Shown here piece after piece: positions 24,100-37,026 of a stretch of 64,000 bases of DNA. Below the pieces are notes generated by a model. It was not told the DNA's origin. It did no database searches and was given only the letters and a program-made list of their open reading frames with translations. How positions within the stretch are numbered: position 1 is the first letter of the stretch; the number at the start of each line of letters is the position of its first letter. The translations under genes were made by a program, and so were the position numbers. This stretch comes from Okamejei kenojei. Its lineage: Eukaryota. The stretch is from NCBI GenBank assembly GCA_035221665.1, contig CM069165.1, positions 22,940,001-23,004,000 on the forward strand, in the 5' to 3' direction.

Positions 24100-25600
24100 T
24101 TTCTCCATCAGCACTAACTCACCATCTCACGGCTGTCCCAGCTGACAGGTCCAATTTATCCTCTGAAACACACCATGCTTCAAAAGAATATTTCCGTTCC
24201 CGTATCAAATATCTCAAATTTCAGCAACTCCAATCCTGATGCTCTTGTGAACTTTTCGTACCCTTCAGTTTCCTGACCCCCATCTCTCTCACAGTGTTAC
24301 CTCTCAACATGTTTCCACTATGCCTTCTAATCTTCATCTCGTTGATTCCAAATAAACCATCCTCCAGAGAAGTCTTAACTTCCATCCTATGTCCCCCATT
24401 TTAGTGAATTTCAAGTCCAACATGATGATAAGGTCGTCTTCTGTCATCCTCGCTTCAATACTAATTTCTTTGTCTCGGACTTTTCACCCCCAAACCGTGA
24501 ACCCTTTCTTCCATCCTCAGAATTCCCATCCCACTTTGTCCAGTCACTGTGGCCTAGTCCCTGTACGGATCTATTTTTGCTACTGCCAATTGGCCACTTC
24601 AATTTTTCCATTCCCCCCATTGACTTTAACTTATCCTCTTCTGAACTTGCAGCACTCTCACTCAAAAAGTACCAACCAAAAGTTGTCCTCAAACCTGCTG
24701 ACAAGGGAATTGTTGTGGTCATTGGGGAAACAATCTAGCAGTGGATGAATGCTATCGTATGAGGCTATTGTGTACTGGACAATACATAACTTTGGCCTCA
24801 TTTCTGCCTGTGATCTTCCCTTCACAGCTTTAGGCATCATAGACCCCAACCACGCACATCCCACTTGTAACTCCTGCAAACGTTGTGCTTCGAGGAGACC
24901 CTTTGTTTCAGCCTGTTCCTGTTTCACAGAACTTAATTTTTCCGACCACGATTCTATTCTCTCATCCAATTGACACTCTACTGATTTTCAGATTCCTGAT
25001 CCTAACTGGCTCATTTTCCCTCTGGTGTCCAGTCTCTCTCTATTCACGTTGAAACACGGAACTACAGATGCTGGTTTACAAAAAAAACACACAAATTGCT
25101 GAAGTAACTCAGCGGGTCAGGCAGCATCCCTGGAGAACATGGACAGGTGACGTTTCGGGTCGGGATCATTCTTTAGACACTATATAATCTTCATTGAACA
25201 CGAGGGGGGCCCAAAAGCCCTTCAGCTTTTTCTTGGACAGATGCTAACCATCATCATCCTCCGCCATCCTCTGCAGTATTCTGTACCTTATAGTTCCAGT
25301 AGTTTGTCCCCCCATAGTCCTCATTCATCTCCTATTTAGATCTCCTCCAGACATATCATCGGTAATTAACAAACCCTCAACACACTCGTCCAGCCAGCAC
25401 ATCACCATTTGCAACACATACTTTCTTGGTCTCTGCTCTCTCTGTTTCCTTCTCCCCACCCCTCCCACATTATCTGCAGCTTTAACTATGATTATTTCCT
25501 AAATTTGCCCAGTTCTGATGAGAAGTCATCAACTTGAAACATTAACTCTTAGTTTCTCTCATCAAACATCGCCCCACTCGCTGAACACAGCAAATCTGAG
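24100..25600 (+). mobile_element. Penelope-like element relic (reverse transcriptase region and terminus)
   Basis: Degenerate motifs KPADKGIVVV (about 24690), RPFVSACSCFTEL (about 24897) and VQSL..; hammerhead-like terminal motif at 25511-25547. Confidence 0.7.
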
Positions 25601-26140
25601 GTTTTGGCATCGGACTGTTCAGAAATCATGATTGTCTGGTATCTGGTTCAACTCCTTACATTGGAATGTGAGCCTGGGTTGAGACAGCAGGCAGGTCAGG
25701 TGAGGGCAAAGCCCAGTGGCGGGGTTTACAGAATGCAGCCAAATTCCAGACTCTGAGCTGACCGTATACAGCTGGCGCTAGGGTCTAGAATACTGCAGAT
25801 CAGGAACATAGGGAGGCTTGTGGCTGGAGCCAAGGCCTGGTGTGCTTGTATATGCAAAGCTCTTTTTTAAACTCATGGGTTCATTGGAAAATTGATTTTA
25901 CTGCCATGCAACCTTCTAAAGAGGCAAATTAAAACACTGTCATTATTAATAGGTGTAACATCCAGCAGTCCGTACAATCTGCTAACTGAGTACCAAAGAT
26001 ACTAGAGGAGTAGTATGCTGAGTACCAGCAAAGTCCTACGAGTGCCAGATTATCAGTTTTACTGTATTTCTACCTTTTCAATTCAATTTTCCAGCACTTC
26101 TTTTTTCCTTTCAGCTTACTTTCTACCTTTCAGGTGTTGC

Positions 26141-26668
26141 ACAGTTAGTTCTCCTATAACACGTTTCCATAACACTAATTGGTTATAATACAACTGATGA
26201 ATGAGGAACATTATGTGTATTACACAGTGGATTTGTTATAACTTGATTGCAATCAGGAGGTAGTGAACTAGTTCAGGTATTTTTGGAAAGTGACAAGCTG
26301 AAAAAAAAGCTGACTTGGTAAAAAAAAAGTCCAACATTTGTAGACAATATTGTCTTTTAAGAACACAGCGGTTAGCTTCAAAGTGTGTGGCCATAGAAAT
26401 TGACACGCCATGCTTCTACTGACACTTGTGTAATGACTCTACAAACATACAACGTTTGTATTTTTAGCTTGCAACAAAAATAAACCTGTTGAAAAGTGAA
26501 GAAAATTAGTTACAAAAGTCTTGCGGGAAAAATAAACTTTGTATGGCGAGTCTAAAACTCTCTAGTCCCTAATCCTGTGTCCCCACTGACACAATCCTTT
26601 TTATAACACAATTTTCCACAATGCAAGGTTTCTTAGGAACACAACTATTATGTTATAGACTACCTGTA
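26141..26668. mobile_element. Tigger/pogo-like MITE (degenerate)
   Basis: cagttagttctcctataac ... gttatagactacctg|ta imperfect TIRs with repeated ataac motifs. Confidence 0.45.
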
Positions 26669-29339
26669 TTTAGATGCCTGCACTATATTAAACGCTCAAT
26701 CCCTCTGCAATGATTAAATAATGGTCAGACAGCCTGCTTGAATGGCCTGTAATTGCAGATCGGGGACAGGCTATGGCACACTAAGTTCCTGCATAATTTT
26801 GCTGTTCTGACTAAAAATGATGATTAGGATGAACCAATCAGAATCAATATAACACTTTCACAACTGACAACAAACCAAAGCCCTTACAGATATAGTTTAT
26901 TATTTTGTCACAGTGGAAAGATTGGCTGCTTGCATATTTATCAGTTCCAATCTGCATTTCAAAATAGACTCAAAGGTATTCCCCAGTATTTCATCTTTTG
27001 TGCATCACACCTCATTCTGGCAACGCAATCTTTAAACACTTTGAATTTCTCTCCCTCTATTTTCATCCTAGGTTCTTCCCACATCCTTTCAAGCATAACC
27101 TTTCTGCTCCATCTGGGTTAAATTTTATTCATGCTAGCGGCACATATAAAGGTAAGATCCGTCCATAAAAAATAACCAATTAAATAATAATTAATACAGT
27201 GTGGGCAAAGGGCAGCTAGCCAAACACTTTCTGAATGAACTTCAGCAACTGGTACTTTTATTCAGCTGGGCAAAGCTCAGGAAGTTGCATTTCCCTTTCC
27301 CCCACAAAAGATGCAAGACCTCAAACAAAACTCAGTCAGATCATTTGACATTTTAATTTCAGTAATCTCAATGATGATCAATTTTGTTTGAAAAGCTGCA
27401 TTTATACCATTTCATCCACTATAATCTGCAGAGAAAAAATATTGGGACATTGTAAACAGCACTATTGTTATTCAGATGAATTATATTACTTGTTGCTCAG
27501 ACACAATAAATTAATTTGAGGCCAACCAGCAAAGAAAGATGCTTCAATAAAGTGACAAGCAGCTGGTTTGATTTTGGTAATATAAACTAAAAGAACTGCA
27601 GATGTTGGTTAACAGAATAGGGCACAAAGTGCTGGAGTAACTCAGCACTGACCCGCTGAGGTCAGCACTTGTGTCCGATTTTGTTAAAATTGGTTGAGGA
27701 AACATTGCTGGTCAAGACACAAAACTCTGTTGTCCTTCCAATTATTCTTGGACTATTAATATCCATGCAAACCAGCAGATATGATCCAGGTCAAATATCT
27801 CACCTGAAAGATCACAAGTTCTCAGAACTGCACTAAACTGCCAGACTCATCTTGGATTGGAGTTTGGGTTCCACAACTTAGCGATTCAAATTTGAGGATG
27901 CTACTAATGTAATCACACACACACACACACACACAGAGTGAGGGAGGAATTCAGCAGGTCAGGCAGCATCTGCAGAAGGGAATGGATAGATGATGTCGTG
28001 GGTCGGGACCCTTCTTCAGACTGGGAGAAGCGGGGGAGTGGAGGCGAAAAGAAAACTGGAAAAAGGTGTGAACATGACTAAACCTGGTAAATGATAGGTG
28101 GAGGTAGACCCAAATGCTGGAGTAAGTCAGCGGAACAGGCAGCATCTCTGGAGAGAAGGAATGGGTGACGTTTCGGGTCGGGGCCCTTCTTCAGACTGGT
28201 GATAGGTGGATACAGCTGGGGGAGGGGGTGGGGTGACAAAGACTAGATGTGGAAAGGATACAGAAAGGTCAGTTAAGGAAAGAGTGAAATGTAAAACCGG
28301 AGGAAGGGATATGATTGGAAGGGGACAGAAAAGGAGGAAGACATCTGAACAAAAACCAGTACACTAGAAGTTTAAGAAATTCCACGAATGCACTGTCATG
28401 AAACAGAAAATTGGTTCAGCTCTGGTGGAATGAAATGTATACGGTAGACGGAAAGAAATTCCATTGTGTAAATAAACTAGTTAATTTAAAGAGGCACATT
28501 ATGTGTACTGTCTACTTGGCACAGAAAGAGCTTTTGTTAACTCTGCTATGTAACTGGACCCTTCTCACAGTTCTATATTAATTGTTTCTGACATCCAACC
28601 TGTGGGTTTTTAATGTCAGTGCCAGCTTCTTAGACTACTGACTTATGCCAACAGTGCAGTTATCCAACTGAGAAAATGTGGACCAGGCACTTCAGAAAGT
28701 TGTCCACTCACAACATAATAATACTTTAAAAAAAATAATCGAGTCATCCACATTACGGATATGGGATAAAAGATATAACATTCAATGTAAGATCAAGTCC
28801 AATAATATCCGATTAAAGATAGTTCAAATGTCTCCAATGAGGTAGATGGGAGGTCAGGACCACACTAACTGTTGAAAAGACAGTTCAGTTGCCTGATAAC
28901 AGCTGGGAAGAAACTGTCTCTGAATCTGGAGGTATGCGTTTTCAGACATGGACAACAATGGCAGTTGTATTTTTTTCAATAAAAAGCTACAGAATCAACA
29001 GCTCCTCCAATTCAATGTATTCAAGTCAGCAGTTATACATTATATTTCATACAAAGACGTACTATAATTTAACTAGATTAAAGTATCGTAAACAAAGTAT
29101 AAATCTGTAATTGTTATTTGTCTTAAGTTGCTTTAAAAAAGACAATGTTAACTTTCGCACATAATCAATTTAGTAGTTATTTCCACGCATTAATGCTACC
29201 ATTACAGGATAGCGGGAAGTAAAAGAAAATCCAAGCCAAGAGTTACAATTTTCAGGGAGGTAAAGTACCAAAATTAGATCCAGTTATTCATAATTTCTTT
29301 ATTGAGACGGTAAAATGTGCTACAAAAATAAGTATTGAT

Positions 29340-30450
29340 GAAACGTGGCTCTGTTCCATTTGGATGACTAAGAGTTCATCAATTCTCAACATCTCAAATT
29401 TAATGCCGGGAGACAGAAAGTGGGAAGAACTTTTTTGGTTCTGCAGATGTGGAAATCGGCAGGGCTGGACTTGAGTTCCAAAAGGACTCCGCAGCGAACG
29501 TGCAGTTTTTTGCATCGCTCGGGGTAGAAGGCGTGAACGACACTTATGGGGGGAGAGAAAGACTTGCCACGTATTCTCCCTCCTCCTTCCCCCACCACCC
29601 ACCCAACCCAACCCCACCACACGATCCGTGCTAACTTGCAGCAAATACATAACGGGGAGGGGGAGGGGGAGGGCAGTGGGGGTCGACGTTACAGAAACTG
29701 CCAGTGTTGCTGAAGTTATACCTCGAAAAAGTTAAAATTAGTTGGGTTTACATTAATACTACAACTGCCTTCAATAAAACATCTCGTGGAGTCGGACGCC
29801 TTTTCTCTGTCGTAATAAGACGGTAATAAAGTTTGCAAACTCTTTTCATTACATCAAGAAAAATAGTTCCCTGGAAGCAAGGATAAAGGCAAATCGCCGA
29901 ACTCCGGTCACATTTTTTTTCTTAATGAAGCGCGTTATTGGACATTTAGCACGATCGTGATAGAACACGCGGTGTTACAGACAGTGATTTGGCGTACAGC
30001 GCCAAAACTCATCGCCAAAAGTTAAATGCTTTATAAAAAAAACACACTGACGCCGCTCCCAGGCCGGTCAAAGCACCGCGAGGAAACCACGGACACTTGG
30101 ATAGCGCTGTAAATGGGAATCAATTCGTGGTTAGGAAGAGAGAGAGGGGGGACGGGGATGGAAAGAGAGGGATTGGGGGCAGGGAGAGGAAGGGGTGGTG
30201 GAAAATGTTTCCCGAGATTTACCTGCTGAGCGACAGAGATGTGGCGCTGCGGAGAGGGTGCCGAGGGAATGAGAGGCGAGCAGGGATGGAGCACTCACTT
30301 ACAGCTCACACTGAGCCTCTGCATGAGTCTGGAGGAGGGAGTTACTCTCCGTCCAGCAATTAACCCTTTCACACGCATCACAGTATCCTCGCTGTGGGCG
30401 AGAGAAAAAAAAAAGTGTCCTGTAATTTCTGGAAATGCAAACACGTAAAG
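29340..30450 (-). promoter_or_regulatory. P4HA1: Probable P4HA1 CpG-rich promoter and non-coding exon 1, with hypoxia-response-element-like sites
   Basis: Non-repetitive CpG-enriched segment upstream of the first coding exon. Minus-strand donors GCT|gtaagt (exon end 30303) and CAG|gtaaat (exon end 30223). TACGTG on the minus strand at 30442-30447 and 29568-29573; ACGTG at 29343 and 29498. The TSS cannot be fixed from sequence alone. Confidence 0.6.
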
Positions 30451-32398
30451 GATGTGTCCTTCACAGAATCTCATCTACCCCTTCTGAAATTTGATCCGTT
30501 CTCTACACTTCAGAAACAAGATACATGGCTGTGCTTCAATGGGTGTCAGGGTGGTTAGAACAACCCGAGCCTCGTCTGACGAGCCTGGTATATTTAACTT
30601 CTGTATGATTACATGTTTCAATGCTGGATAATTTTAAAAGGAGGCTGAAAATAGACTGCTATTCTTAATCCACCTCGAACAATTTGCAAGATCAGATGGG
30701 CAATTAAGAGTCAACCATGCTATGGGCCTGGAGTTACATACGTAGGTAAAGGGAGCAACACTCGTTTACACCAAGCTGACAATTTCACAGCTATCATTAC
30801 CACTTCTGTGCTTTATTATTTTTACTTTTATTTTATTATCTTTACTATTATTCAATAATAATCTATATTTTCCATCGACAGCAGTGGGATTTGAAAATAT
30901 CTCTATATTAAGTTAAAGTTTATTATTGTCACATGTATATGAAAAGCTTTTTGTCTGGATGCTATCCATTCATATCAGATAATACTACACATGAATCCAA
31001 TCAACTCAAAATCAAATGCAAATGTTGAGTAAAATATCGGAATGCAAAATATAGTTCTCAGCATTGTACTGCAACAATTCCAGAGAAAAAGTTCAATTCT
31101 ACAATGAGGAAGGTTGGAAAATTGGGATTGTACCCCAGCTTATAGAAGGACCGCTACGGACCAATTGGACCCGAGTTCTTTAAAACAAATCCATCAATTT
31201 AGCCACTATACTACCATAGTCCAACAGCTCTGACCCAAATTAGAAGATTTAATGTGGAGGAAGGAACTGCAGATGCTGGGTAACACTGAAGATAGACTCA
31301 AAATGCTGGAGTAACTCAGCGGGACAGGCAGCATCTTTGGAGAGCAGGAATGGGTGACGTTTCAGGTCAAGACCTACTTGTCAGAATGGGAGTTGAGCAC
31401 CTTATTCAAGCTAGCAAGCCAATGTAAAGCTAACCAAGTTGGTGGTCATCCTTTCAGATGTGACTGTTAAAATAGTTCTGGCTGTTTGGATAATCCTCAT
31501 CATAGCAGCTATTCCCCTCTCAACTCTGGCCATTAAATCGCATTGCTGTTTGCAGCATCAATGGCACGGGCCTGCACAAGTCTTTAAATCAGGGTCAGTA
31601 GAGGAGTCTTTACAATCAACTGTTATCTTACAATCAAGAGTTTGGGGAGACGAGACAAAAAATAAAATGGATGTGAGATTGTGATTGAAGAGATCTCCAA
31701 AGTCAAGGCTTTTGAGTGTGATGGCATTTGGTGAAATTCAGGAAGGCAACAAAAGCATTGAAGTCAGCTCCACAATTGCAGCAGACATATAATCTAGTGT
31801 GTGGTGATTATGCAAACATATTTGGGCCCCATCTCAAGTGTTATCAGGAAGGACAATGATCAGAAATTACTTTGTCAGTATACAACATTTTATCACCATC
31901 ATACTGAAACAATCGATGTCAAGGAGCATTTAAATGTGGCATTTGCATGACTGAATGGTTTACCCGAGGACTGACATGCTTGCAACATCACCTGACTCAT
32001 TCAGAACTTTCAGCTGAAAAAAGCAAATCTTAATAAATAGATAGAACTTTTATATATCAGCCCAGGTACAATATCTTGGCGTGGATATAAACAATCTAGC
32101 CTCCAGGCAAGTACAGGCAAGCCCTGTCAAATTGGACCATTTAGAATTCTGCACATGAACATTTGCACTTTCAAATATTAATTATTTTAGTTCTGAAACA
32201 TGTACATTCCTGATGCATATTAACAGAATAAAAGCTGACGGCTGCAATTCAATGTCAAATTAGAATGAACAGGTAAGCAGAAAGCAATTTAGACAAGTAT
32301 AGGACTTGAAGGCAATTATTATCAGTGCTAAGATTTGAAATATCCTGCAGGTAGGGTGGGCAAATACTGATAGGTAGAGTTTAATAAGAACAAATAAA

Positions 32399-33519
32399 TA
32401 GTGTCCTCCATAATGTTTGGGAGCACTGGTGAGCTTACTAATCATAAAGGGACGGCAGGCCAAGGAAGACCTCCACAGCTGATGACAGCAGAATTCTCTC
32501 TATAATAAAGAAAAATCCCCAAACACCAGTCCGACAGATCAGAAACACTCTTTGGGAGTCAGGTGTGGATTTGTCAATGACCGCTGTCCGCAGAAGACTT
32601 CATGAACAGAAATACAGAGGCTACACTAGAAGATGCAAACCACTGGTTCGCCGCAAAAATAGGATGGCCAGCTTACAGTTTGCCAAGAAGTACTTAAAAG
32701 AGCAACCACAGTTCTGGAAAAAGGTCTTGTGGATAGATGAGACGGAATGATGGCAAGAGCAAAGTAAAGAGGAAAGAAGGAACTGCCCAAGATCCAAAGT
32801 ATACCACCTCATCTGTGAAACACGGTGATGGGGGTGTTATGGCCTGAGCATGTGTGGCTGCTGAAGGTACTGGTTCACTTATCTTCATTGATGATTCAAC
32901 TGCTGATGGTAGTAGCATAATGACAGATAATGACATACTGGTTCACTTATCTTCATTGATGATTCAACTGCTGATGGTAGTAGCAATACTGCTAAAGCAA
33001 CAAAGAAGTTTTTCACAGCTAAAAAATGGTAAATTCTTGAAAGGACAAGTCAATCACCCGATCTGAACCCATTTGAGCATGCCTTTTATATGCTGAATAG
33101 AAAACTGAAGGGGACTAGCCCCCAAAACACGCATAAGCTAAAGATGGCTGCAATACAGGCCTGGCAGAGCATCACCAGAGAAGACACCCAGCAACTGGTG
33201 ATGTCCATGAATCTCAGACTTCAAGCAGTCATTGCTTCCAAAGAATATGCAACAAAATACTAAACATGACTACTTTCATTTACATGACTTCGCTATGTCC
33301 CAAACATTATGGTGCTCTGAAATGGGAGGACTATGTATAAACACTGCTATCATTTATACATGGCAAAACCAAAATGTATAAAAATTGCCTTTATTAAAAT
33401 CTGACAATGTACACTTTAACCACATGTGGTTTTTTTTCTATTACAAATATTAAATTGTGGCGTACAGAGGCAAATAAATAAATGATGGGTCTTTGTCCCA
33501 AATATTATGGAGGGCACTG
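32399..33519 (+). mobile_element. Internally deleted Tc1 copy, same family as 40801-43061
   Basis: Left end agtgtcctccataatgtttggga joins directly to transposase sequence; frameshifted RRRLHEQKYRGYT..KKVLWIDET..LNPFEH; complete right arm ending ggagggcactg|TA. Confidence 0.9.
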
Positions 33520-34980
33520 TAACTGCTTTCCAACACAGCAGCACGAGTCCTCTCAAGAATTTAACATAAAAGAGAATGAGATGCAAAATAGCCTCACCAT
33601 GCCCATGTCGCTTTCAAGTTACAGTATCCTTACCTAAACATATATTTTCTCATTGCGTCAAATTCCTGCAGCTCTCTAGCTAGCAGCAATGTTGCAGGCA
33701 ACTTCACCACATTCCCAAGATATCAAGAGGGGAAGTAGGATAAGTGGAAGGGAGAGAAAGCAAACTGAAATTTTATTATTATTGCAACACACTAATGTTA
33801 CTTTGATTCCTATTTAAAGATATGATAAAGAGAAATTGAACCACAAATAATTTGTAATAGGCAAACATTGTTTGTTTTTTACTTAAAGCAATTCGTCAAA
33901 TGTTTTGCAATGCTCTTCTTAATAAACAAATTCTAAGATAGAAGATCTTTAAAGCCATAAAGGATGTGAAAAGAAATAGTCTCCTGTTTGCAATTTCTGA
34001 GCTAGTGAAAATGTCTAAAATTAACATGCATAAGTTCCAGTTATATTAGAGCAAGAATATGGACCACACACTAAAATATCTTGTTAGAAACAGATACGTT
34101 CATGGATAGTGCCAGAACAGGTGGCAGTTTCCAGAATCCTTCAGAAGATTACAGCAAGCACTGATGAGGTATGCTTATGAAGAATTCAAAAATATTTTGA
34201 GGAGTTCACCAAAAGCTTAATGTACAGTGTACATAATATACACAAATGAAGCTCAAACCTTAATTCAGGATCAGTTATGCCATTATCAGTGACAGGAAAA
34301 TGCTCAGAATCCTCACAATGTAGGTATTAAAAGCCAAATCAATCAATATAAACATGTTACTCATCACAACATTGTTAAACCTTTCCAAAGAATTGTTAAT
34401 TGTTTGCTATTCAAACCTTTGGACACATACACATTTTTGGAAAAAAGTTCAGTATCATCCTTAATCAAATTACAAAGGCTGTGTTGAATCAGTAACAAAC
34501 TGGCTAATTCAACTTACATTTTATAAGAACCACCCCAGCTAAGAACAATTGCAATTTCATGGTTGTTCCGGGCATGATGCTATTTTAATCTTAACTAGCA
34601 AATATATTAAAAATGGTACATTGTGACATTCCAAATGTCGTTATAATAAATGCAAACCACCAATGATTGATAAATGATTCTTATCTGCAATGTGAAATTA
34701 AAAACCTCTGCTGCCAACTACAAATTAAGCAAATGACATTTAAACACAGAGTTACCCAAGTCGGTCTTTACTGAACAACAATTAAATAAGGTTAGTGTAT
34801 CATGTGACTTATTAAACGCAGCATTTGGAGGTATTCTGGTAGTATATAAATGTTAGGAGAAGTGCTGTCGGAGTAAGTTTCCTCTACCTAGCTATGTTTT
34901 CACAGCAGGCCAGAAAGTAAATTACTGCCTGGCTTGACTAGGGGATCTTTTGTATGACAAAGTGATTAGTGTCAGTGTAA

Positions 34981-35298
34981 TGGGCCTGTCCCACTGTACG
35001 AGGTAATTCAAGAGCTCTCCCAAGTTTAAGAAAAAAATCAAACTCGTGGTAAGCACGTAGAACGTATGTAGCGGGTACATCGGAGCTCGGGACGTCTCCT
35101 AGCGGCTCGTAACGCTAACGGCAGGTACTCGGGAAACACGGTAAGCTCGTGAAGACTCGTGAAGATTTTTCAACATGTTGAAAAATGTCCACGAGAGCCC
35201 CGAGTACCTACGAGCGGCTATTACCGTAATTCTCCGAGTTCGAATCAGGGGAAACCCAGGAGAACTCTTGAATTTGCTCGTACAGTGGGACAGGCCCT
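34981..35298. mobile_element. Non-autonomous PIF/Harbinger-like MITE
   Basis: About 40-bp TIRs gggcctgtcccactgtacgag... / ...ctcgtacagtgggacaggccc; TAA on both flanks (3-bp TSD); internal palindrome atttttcaacatgttgaaaaat. Confidence 0.82.
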
Positions 35299-35339
35299 TA
35301 ACATGTTGAAATGTATCACACGTTACTATAGTCAGAAAG

Positions 35340-36672
35340 GTTTGAGGACACATGTTGCCAGGGAAAAGGAATGGCAGACAAATAAACCAATACGTTTATG
35401 TTCTGCGTCCTTGAAGCATGTTTATTGCATTCGTATCAAGGCAAGGATCTGACATTGGCGAGTATATGAGTATAGGATCTTCGTGTAACTTTGTGGTGGT
35501 ACACACCTGTGTTCTTCATGTAGTGCCAACAAAGCTGAGGTCAAGAATGATTGAGTTGGCTCATGAAGGACATTTAGGAGTTGTTGGAACTAAACAAAAT
35601 CTTTGTACGAAAGTATGATGGCCAGGGATGGAAAAAGATGTAGAACGACATGCGAGGTCATGCCATGGATGTCAGATGGTAAGCAGACCCAATCCACCTG
35701 AGCCAATAGGAAGCACATTGTTACCAACAGGTCCATGGGAAGATGCTGCTGTAGATTTTCTTGGTCCACTTCAATCAGGAGAATCAATATGAGTTGTGAT
35801 TGATTACTACAGCAGATATTATGTGTATGCGATAATGAAGTCTACAACATCGGAAAAGTCTGTAGCAGCTTTGATGGAAATCTTTGCAAGGCACGGTCTA
35901 CTAATGACATTATATTCAGACAATGGGCCTCAGTTCATTTATCAATAGTTTGCAGGCTACAATAAGAGCACAGGTGTGTACCATCACAAAGTTACACCAA
36001 AGTGGCCACAAGTTAATGGACAAGTGGAACGTCAGAACCAATCTCAAGAGAAGAGGTTGAGAATTGCCCAAGCAGAAGGCAAAGGTTGGAAGGAGATGCT
36101 CTTATCATATGTGACAGCATATAGAGTTTGCACCACACAGCACAACGGGGAAGAGTCTGGCACAATTGTTGTTTGGAAGGAAAATCCAGACTAAGATACC
36201 ATGGATTAGTGAAATGGTAAATGATCAATAAGTGAGAGATGATGATGCAGAAAAGAAAGGGGCATCAAAGCTCTATGCATTCAGGAGACGATGTGCTAGA
36301 CCATCAGGTGTGAGATGAGGTGCGAGTGGGGAGAGAAAGTCCAAGCAAAATGGACGCACTCTTCTTTCCACAACCAGACACAGTGGTGTCCAGACAAGGG
36401 AATATGGTTACGGTCCAGTTGCCAGAAGGTGTCAAATATGGTAGAAAAACATCATATGTGAAAAAGTATCACCGTTGTGATAGTCCAAGGACACTGCAAA
36501 CTGAAGTTGAGACTGTGGGGGATCAGACTACCAAATTGAGGAGCCAAGAATGCACAAGTTTGAGGTCAGAGGACACATGGGAAAAGAAATGGTGGACGAA
36601 TAAATCAAAGTGTTTATGTTCAGTGTCCTTGAAGCGTGTTTATTATATTCGGGTCCAGGCGAAGATCTGACA
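35340..36672 (+). mobile_element. Gypsy/Ty3 LTR retrotransposon relic (two LTR ends plus integrase)
   Basis: Diverged direct repeats of about 115 bp ending ...gatctgACA (35340-35454, 36558-36672); PBS-like tTGGCGA after the first; degenerate integrase HEGHLG..CHGC..VDFLGP..IDYYSRY..SDNGPQF..NGQVER. Confidence 0.85.
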
Positions 36673-37026
36673 ATTAGGGCATCTTTTGTATGCAGTGAAA
36701 TAACTTTATAGATACAATGAACTGCAGCCCTTTGTGCTTTTTTTTTTGGATAAACCAGCATCTGCAGTTCCTTGTTTCTATAAAGTTATTTCACTGCAAT
36801 AAAATTCCACCAGGTAAATGGTAGAAACAGCATCATCCTCTTTGATCTAAGCTACATTTTGGATTCCTTTTCCCCTCTGGCCTCACTTCATGTCTCATCC
36901 CTTTTCTGTCCGGTCACTGTATCAGTTAGCTTTTCGCCACAATTTGAATGTAACATAAACATAATCTTGAATGACATTTTATATGATTAAACTTAATTTT
37001 AGAATTTACAACATGGTACACAAATT

